Source: Paraglomus brasilianum (lineage: Eukaryota). Taken from it: DNA of 59,185 nt. The translations under genes were made by a program, and so were the position numbers. The DNA lies in the NCBI GenBank assembly GCA_910592345.1, contig CAJVPI010000081.1, positions 1-59,185 on the forward strand, written 5' to 3'. The stretch's first letter is position 1; each line of letters opens with the position of its first letter. Below the pieces are notes generated by a model. The model was not told the origin of the DNA, did not search any database, and saw only the letters and a program-made list of their open reading frames with translations. Positions 52,658-59,185 of the stretch are shown piece after piece.

Positions 52658-53011
52658 TGAATCTTTGTGTGAATCAATAGTAAAAGATATGAAAACGAAA
52701 ACTTTTGGAAATTTTTATTGTTGTATTTACAATATAAGTAGCAATGCTTTTTACATTGATTTGAAGCAAATTGGTTGTACTTTTTGAAAAGAAGAAAAGA
52801 TAACCTATTGTTATAAGGCTGTAGTTTAATGAAGTGGGCCGCATATATAGTTTTATAGTTTTCCTATTGTAACTTATATAGTGTCACTTTGTTAAACTAC
52901 AGCTTTATAACAGTAATATATTCTAATGAACTTCCCCCAAACAGTAAAAAGCATTGCTACTTATATTGTAAACACAACAATAAAAAGTTTTCGTTTTCAC
53001 GCAAAGATTCA
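52658..53011. mobile_element. About 350-bp fold-back (long inverted repeat) element
   Basis: Nested inverted blocks: TGAATCTTTGTGTGAA/TTCACGCAAAGATTCA, GAAAACGAAAACTTTT/AAAAGTTTTCGTTTTC, TTTACAATATAAGTAGCAATGCTTTTTAC/GTAAAAAGCATTGCTACTTATATTGTAAA, TGTTATAAGGCTGTAGTTTAA/TTAAACTACAGCTTTATAACA. Confidence 0.8.
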
Positions 53012-53890
53012 CAAACTTTTTGGTACCACCTGTAAATGAGCTGCGAAGATGGAGTTACAATTTATGTAAATAGATAAACAGGTAAAGAGAAGGAATTGTA
53101 AAGATTTATCTTCAAAAGCAAACGAGGCATAAAATAGTCTGGGCTTCGCGCACCACAAATTCTGTGGTTCCAGAAACATAGGGCCAAGTTTTTTTGCCGA
53201 CTATTTTTCAATAGTAAGAACATATAACTTAGACCGTTTAACACCTGTTTTATACCTAATGGAGCCTTTTTATTAAATTACGAAAAAGATAAAAAAGACC
53301 AGTTTTAAAATTTCTAATAAGCGAACTAACGCTATTGCTATGTCAACAAAAACAAAAAAAAGCTATTAGTTTATGAAACAGGTTTGAGGCTGTAGCTTTT
53401 TTCCTTCAAAGTCATTTTTAGTTTGAAATTTATATGTTCACTGGCGGATAGGAAACTGAACTTTTTGTCATTCCCTTTAGCCACTTTTTTTTTGTTGTAA
53501 CAATGTCCTTTGATACCAGTTTGCTTGTAATAGCCATAGATGCTTTGTAACTCGCGCTCGGGACCCAAAAAAAAATAAAAATTTTCCGTGCCATTCAAAA
53601 ATCAAGTTTGTAAGATTCGGTTTGAGCCGACATGCCAAACTTGCCAGTAATTTGTATGTTATCATTTAGTATAATACCAAATGATAACATTCGCCACATA
53701 CCATCATGTCCTAGAGTTAATTTACCTTGTTTGGAAAAAAAAACTTAATCGAACTCCGACGCGTAGTAATGATAATAGCCGAAATGTCATACATTACACA
53801 CAGATATTCTCCATTTAGTATAATTACCGGGTTAACTATATATATATTAGCACAGGGATTCTAAATGACACTGAGCCTTTCAAAACATCT

Positions 53891-55663
53891 ATGACAAATT
53901 ATAATCCTCCTACCGTGTATTTAGACGGGTTAGCGACCGAACTTAAAGTAGAAATTATTCTCCACTTGAGTAATCCTATACCACTTGCTCGATGCTCGCG
54001 TGCTTGGTATGCCACAGTAAACTCGTCTGCTACAAAGTCCAAATGGCTGATCGGCAGATATGGTAAAACCCATGCATTATTTCATGCTGTAAAAATGGGC
54101 GAGCCATTCATTAATGTTGATGTCATTGAATGTCTATTTGCCCAAAAAGCCCATCTGAGCCGATACTTTATTCAGCGATTGATGCTTGGATTTGGCAAGC
54201 ATGACAGCAGGCTTATTGACCTCAAATTGACACACAACATAAGACCGCTCGATCCGGAACAGAAAAAATCCATTCAAAACAAAATCCGTAGCCCGTGGGC
54301 GAGCGATCTTTCCTTTGATGTCTTCTTCCGCATTCTCAATGAGGGACATGACCGATTTGACGGAAACGACATTCCGCTGCGCGGAAATGACATGGAATCA
54401 TTTTATTATCTTTCGGCTGGTCCATTGTGCATTAATCAAGCGAGAAAAAAATTGAGGGAAAATGAAAAGGAAATTGAAATTTTGATTCAGAGATACAAAT
54501 TTGCCCCATTTCCTCCTAGGCCAAACATAGGGAACCCAGAGTCACATCCCGTAAACTCCGATGATTATCCGCCTACTGATGGCTACGAGAATGTTCGCCA
54601 ACTAAATGACATTGCGCGAGCCATTCTTTTACATCCCAAATTAGTTAATTTCTGGAAAGAAAGCGGATATTATGAAATAGTCGATGATATGAACGATTTG
54701 GTAATGGGAAGCGTCTTATCAAATTTTAATTCAACTTTAGGCCATTTTATTAGGGAACTAAAAACTCTGCAATCGGTTGGATTTAGACCGACAAATGAGA
54801 TGATGGGAGATGCTTTGATATTTTTTGAACATCGTTTAAAAGATATAGAAGTACTGATAGATGCGTTTGTCATTGGTCGTGGTCTGAATAGGAACACTAT
54901 ACTTTCTATATGCTTAAGAGAATTGTTGAACCCAGACAGAAATCTTGAACAGTATAATTTACTTGAATTTATCCTCAATCGGATTGATAACCCTGAAGAG
55001 ATCGCGTACAGGACCCTGCAAAGCTACAATATCGGAAATTCCGTGAATATTCATCCAAGTAGGAGTGGTTCTATTCCTCAGGCTTATACAGTACTCAAAT
55101 ATGGCCCCATCGTTTATTATTACATGCTAGCAAAGTTTGGTGTCGACTCACGCATTGCTACATATCTGATGAGCGAGATTACAGCTGCTCGCATATGGAA
55201 AACCAAACTTCATGAATCCAATAGGTCTCTCGTCTTGTCTTCCGCTTCAATCGATACCCTATGGCAAGAATTAAATACGGTCTTTAATGTATATTATAAA
55301 TCAGGTGTTCATTTCGAACCGCGACTTTTATCCTTGTTCCAAACATGTCCGGAGGAAGCAGTCATCACATGTCTATTTGAGGGATACTTGGCGAAATTGT
55401 TTGGATACAAAGTCGAATTTCAGCCATCACAAGTAGACGAAATTCTGCCATTGCAAGTTACCCCATTTACACATGGTAAACGCAGAGCAAGCGATGAAGC
55501 GAGGATGGAATGGTGGCATGCGATTCGTTATTGTAATCTGAACGACGAGATGATGGTCATATTTAGACGTCAACACAAAAGATTCCTCCAACGTGTATGT
55601 GGAACTGTTGGCACATCCGTCAGCGTCATCAAAACGGCGTCGACTTGGGTAAAATTTAAGTGA
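53891..55663 (+). CDS. Intronless uncharacterised protein with F-box-like N-terminus, paralogue 2 (590 aa)
   Basis: Long ORF; 60 of 67 residues identical to paralogue 1 from YLDG to PFINV. Confidence 0.85.
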   Translation: MTNYNPPTVYLDGLATELKVEIILHLSNPIPLARCSRAWYATVNSSATKSKWLIGRYGKTHALFHAVKMGEPFINVDVIECLFAQKAHLSRYFIQRLMLGFGKHDSRLIDLKLTHNIRPLDPEQKKSIQNKIRSPWASDLSFDVFFRILNEGHDRFDGNDIPLRGNDMESFYYLSAGPLCINQARKKLRENEKEIEILIQRYKFAPFPPRPNIGNPESHPVNSDDYPPTDGYENVRQLNDIARAILLHPKLVNFWKESGYYEIVDDMNDLVMGSVLSNFNSTLGHFIRELKTLQSVGFRPTNEMMGDALIFFEHRLKDIEVLIDAFVIGRGLNRNTILSICLRELLNPDRNLEQYNLLEFILNRIDNPEEIAYRTLQSYNIGNSVNIHPSRSGSIPQAYTVLKYGPIVYYYMLAKFGVDSRIATYLMSEITAARIWKTKLHESNRSLVLSSASIDTLWQELNTVFNVYYKSGVHFEPRLLSLFQTCPEEAVITCLFEGYLAKLFGYKVEFQPSQVDEILPLQVTPFTHGKRRASDEARMEWWHAIRYCNLNDEMMVIFRRQHKRFLQRVCGTVGTSVSVIKTASTWVKFK

Positions 55664-55869
55664 CGGTCATAGTTTATGTAGTTTATGTTAGTTTTTTTTT
55701 TTTCCTGACAATAAACATCCATGCTTTTCAAGACCGTGTAACTGTTAGTGTCTTCAAGTAATGCATTTTATTCAGTTAGCAGCAGAAACCTAATTATTAA
55801 GTTCACGCACGCGAAAGAGCTTCGATGCCTAACAGACGAGCATACGTACCTATGGTGTGTTGCTCACTT

Positions 55870-56020
55870 CTTTTCTTCTTATTCCTTTTCTTGCCTCATC
55901 ACTTCCCGTCATTCTCACACATCACTACATCGTGTGTTGCCCACTTCAAGATAAGTCTCTACTATTCTTTTTCTACTTTTTTCTTGCCTCATCACTTCCC
56001 GTCCTTCTCATATCATTTTC
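55870..56020. repeat. Direct repeat of about 35-45 bp, two copies
   Basis: TTTTCTTGCCTCATCACTTCCCGTC(A/C)TTCTCA near 55886 and 55979. Confidence 0.8.
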
Positions 56021-57492
56021 ATTAGAGATATACTCCCAACGTTGTTCCTCCTACACATCATTCAGCTTACAATTGCCCGGTCCAATGTACATGGCCTGGA
56101 AGTCGTCAGTCAATATTGAATATTACTTGTTAGATAATTAATATACGTATGACCGTTCTTACGGTGAACAGATCCCTTTCTTTATACTGACTCGTTGCCT
56201 ACAGAATCTGTCAGCTTGTTAACGTCACCAGTCATCTTCAGAGCATGATTCAATACAGTTATACAAGAAATCAACATGGCACTCATCGCCTTACTCGATA
56301 AACTCGGACTATATCTACCGCGCTTTACTTTATTTCCGTGGACAAGCCGTTGCTCATATGTACTATATTCATGAGAGTAGCGTTTTCTTCAATTTCAACT
56401 GATGACATCGAAAGCGTATCTTGCCCCAATCCCTTCTCAACAATTCAGCCCCGCCTTTGCAAATCCAAGTACAAAGTAAAGATAAGACACTCCTGTCCGC
56501 AACGTCGATTGCTAGTACGGCCCAGAATTACTTCTGCATCGAGTTGTAGGCATATCATTGGTACTCACAGTACGTTAGGTCTTCGACTACTACCGTTGTG
56601 AATCTTTTGTCCAGTCATTCGATTCTAGACTTCTGGGTCTCTGTTGTTCTGGCCCAATTTTATGGCGTCGCATAGGGAATGGAAATCTTTCCGTCTTTGG
56701 CGATCAGCTGAAAGAATTTGGTTCGAGTGTTGCTGGCGAGAAATCGATATCGACATCAGTAAAAGTTGACACAGGATCTCCACTTAGCCAGTCAAAGTGA
56801 CAAGGTCCTCATGAAACTCGATATCGGACTTCTCGAAAAGGTAGCCTTCATTATATCGAGTTTCGTGTGTACTGTATGTCTCACGTTAGCGCCATTCTTG
56901 TGCAAATGGTAATTACTATTTGATAAGAAATAGACAGGACTCTTCGAAGAATGGTAGACGTATGTGCTTTAATTCACGATATTAAGTATTACGGGCTGAG
57001 TTCTATCTAAATTCGAACATTTAGTCATCGCTATAACACTAAAGGTTATTCAATTGGTCTGTAAGCTATATGTTGTTTGTGATTGACTAATCATTCTTAC
57101 AATGTATCGGTAATTGTAAGGACCACATGAGATAGAAATAGCAAAAGAGCGCGACATGGAGGGTATAGAAAATGGTTTCAACTTTTCTTTAAGTTCCTAC
57201 TGTTTACATATTCTTACAACATTATTATTCCTAATAGAAGCGTTGTTTAGTAGACGCTTGGTTCATTAATTTATCGTGCTATTTATTTCGTTGTCCTATT
57301 TACTCGATTTTAATTAGGGCTAATAATAATACTCTGTTCCATAAGCCGATAAAGTCATACTTAACCCCACACGGTTATTTCCTTGGTAACCCCATAGTAA
57401 AAACCGAACATCTATAAAAGTTGGAACGCAAAAAAAAAAAGATTAAATAACTGAAGAAAATTTAGATATAAATATAATCATGTATTAAAGCG

Positions 57493-57770
57493 ATGGCTTT
57501 GACCATACTGAAAAAAGCGACAGCCTTCAAATTGACCGACAAGCTTGTTGGAAATGCTCTACTATTACTATTATTTGAACACAAGTTAAACTATATAGAC
57601 GGAGCGCTTATTGAAGCTCTTGCTACTGTTCATAAAAAGCTTAAGGATATTCATCTAAAAAAGCTGTTGCAAAAAGAAATGTTGAGCAATATGTTTTGCT
57701 TGACTTTATAATCGGCCGTATGAATAATTCAGACAAAGCTCTACATGCGTTTAAAAAGTATTTGAACAAA
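57493..57770 (+). pseudogene. Decayed fragment of the same F-box-like family (fourth copy)
   Basis: AFKLTDKLVGNALLLLLFEHKLNYIDGALIEALATV aligns to GFKLTDGLIGDALVLFEHRLKDIGEVLIDAFVIV of paralogue 1. Confidence 0.7.
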
Positions 57771-58206
57771 CAACGGTGTATATGTCAACTAAATTGGTGC
57801 CCAGTCCCAGATTCATACCAATACAACTCTATTTAATCAGTTAAAATAAAACAAAGGCTTTATGGATTATGCTAAATCATCTGATCAATTTCATATTATA
57901 CTCGTATTAATATACTGTATATGTACTGTATCTCTTGCCTCACGAGATCTCAGCCTCAATCTCGGCTTTGGCATACTCCCACCTACTTTTCGCATCGGAA
58001 CAAAATCAGTCAGCATAATTTTTATTTCAAAAAAATGCTCTTAATTGAAATACAAATAGTCGATAAAAAATAAATGATATAAACGGATTGACAAAACATC
58101 TAGTATCAAACGATGAAAATCATAAACTAAAAAGCATGACATTTGACGTTTAAGCATAGGGATATTTAATTTCATTAGTTGACTTATTTGTGAAATCGAC
58201 AAATCA

Positions 58207-59185
58207 CTACTGGAAGAATCTTTCAAGTTGATGTCTAAATGTTGCCGTCATTTCGTCATTCTGATAACAAGAACAAATCTCATGCAACCATTCTGTTCTT
58301 GCTTCATCACTTGCCCTGTGTGTACTATGTGTAAATGGGGTGACTTGCAATGGCGGAATCTCGTCTACCCGTGATGGTTGGAATTCAACTCTGAGTTCAA
58401 ACAGTTTTGCCAAGTATCTCTCAAACAAGCATCTGATGGGAATCTCTTCCGGACACGTTCTGAATAACGGTAAGAATTGCGATTCTATAGGAACACCTTC
58501 CATACAATACACGTTGAAGATATTACTTAATTCTTGCCATCCGTTGTCGATTGAAGCGTTGGACAAGGCAAGAGTGCTATTAGATTCGTGAAGTTTGGCT
58601 TTCCCTATACGCGCAGTCGTAATTTCGCCCATCAAATATCTGCTGACAGATGAGTCGGCGCCAAATTTTACTAGCATGAATTCGTAGACAATAGGGGCAT
58701 ATTTGAGTTGCGTAAGAGCCAGAGGAATAAAGCCGTTCCCATTTAGATAAATGTTCACGGGATTTACGATATTGTAGCTACGCAGGGCCCTATACGTAGT
58801 TTCTTCGGGGTTATCAACTTGATCGAGTATATAATCAAGTAAATCATGCCGCTCGAGATTTCTGTCCGGATTCAACAGTTCTCTTAAACATATAGAAAGT
58901 ATATCGTTCCTAGTCATACCGCGAACAATGGCAAACGCATCTATCAGTGCTCTTCCCATATCTTTTATATGACTTTCAAATAATAATAGAGCGTCCCCCA
59001 TCATCCCATCTGTCAGTCTGAACCCAACAGAATGCAGATCCGTTAGTCGCTGAGTGAATTGGTCTAGATTTGGATTGAAATCTGCCAAGACGCTTTTTAT
59101 GACAATATCGTTTATATCATCCACTATCTCATGACACCCGTTTTGCTTCCAGACATTAACCAATTCGGGACACAAAAGTATGGCT
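58207..59185 (-). CDS. Paralogue 3 of the same family; 5' part lies beyond the window end
   Basis: Frame is open to the window edge (AILLCPELVNVWK); collinear with the C-half of paralogue 2 (LSICLRELLNPDRNLE, VEFQPS..DEI.PLQVTPFTH...RASDEAR.EW). Confidence 0.85.
   Translation of the reverse strand, partial: AILLCPELVNVWKQNGCHEIVDDINDIVIKSVLADFNPNLDQFTQRLTDLHSVGFRLTDGMMGDALLLFESHIKDMGRALIDAFAIVRGMTRNDILSICLRELLNPDRNLERHDLLDYILDQVDNPEETTYRALRSYNIVNPVNIYLNGNGFIPLALTQLKYAPIVYEFMLVKFGADSSVSRYLMGEITTARIGKAKLHESNSTLALSNASIDNGWQELSNIFNVYCMEGVPIESQFLPLFRTCPEEIPIRCLFERYLAKLFELRVEFQPSRVDEIPPLQVTPFTHSTHRASDEARTEWLHEICSCYQNDEMTATFRHQLERFFQ

Noticed and set aside
56150..56900. Minus-strand coding-like fragments between paralogues 2 and 3
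   Set aside because: Interrupted by stops, with no recognisable homology.

Overview
Intron-rich, AT-rich eukaryotic DNA from an early-diverging fungus; Mucoromycota, probably Glomeromycotina-like, is my inference from gene content. Islands of conserved housekeeping genes, several in tight head-to-head pairs, alternate with gene-poor stretches holding transposon relics. The conserved genes are DNAJC11-like (runs off the window), HAS1, MIC26, an F-box/kelch gene, UNC50/GMH1, HPM1/METTL18, STRAP, ARF1, MPE1/RBBP6, RIB4, BUB3 and a CABLES-like cyclin. The relics include a pogo-like MITE, two adjacent Tc1-like MITEs, a decayed Sola-like transposase, a fold-back element and an orphan ABCC exon. The most notable items are: (1) a cluster at 49-59 kb of three intronless paralogues (two complete at about 600 aa, one cut by the window edge) plus a decayed fourth copy, with an F-box-like N-terminus, a near-invariant N-half and a divergent C-half; (2) a clear U12-type minor intron in HPM1; (3) a tandemly duplicated 60-aa CxxC/His-rich tail-anchored microprotein; (4) a fungal CABLES homologue; (5) an oversized MPE1 intron containing a poly(A)-like signal. 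All family calls come from motif recognition by eye, with no database searches, and exon boundaries are manual.
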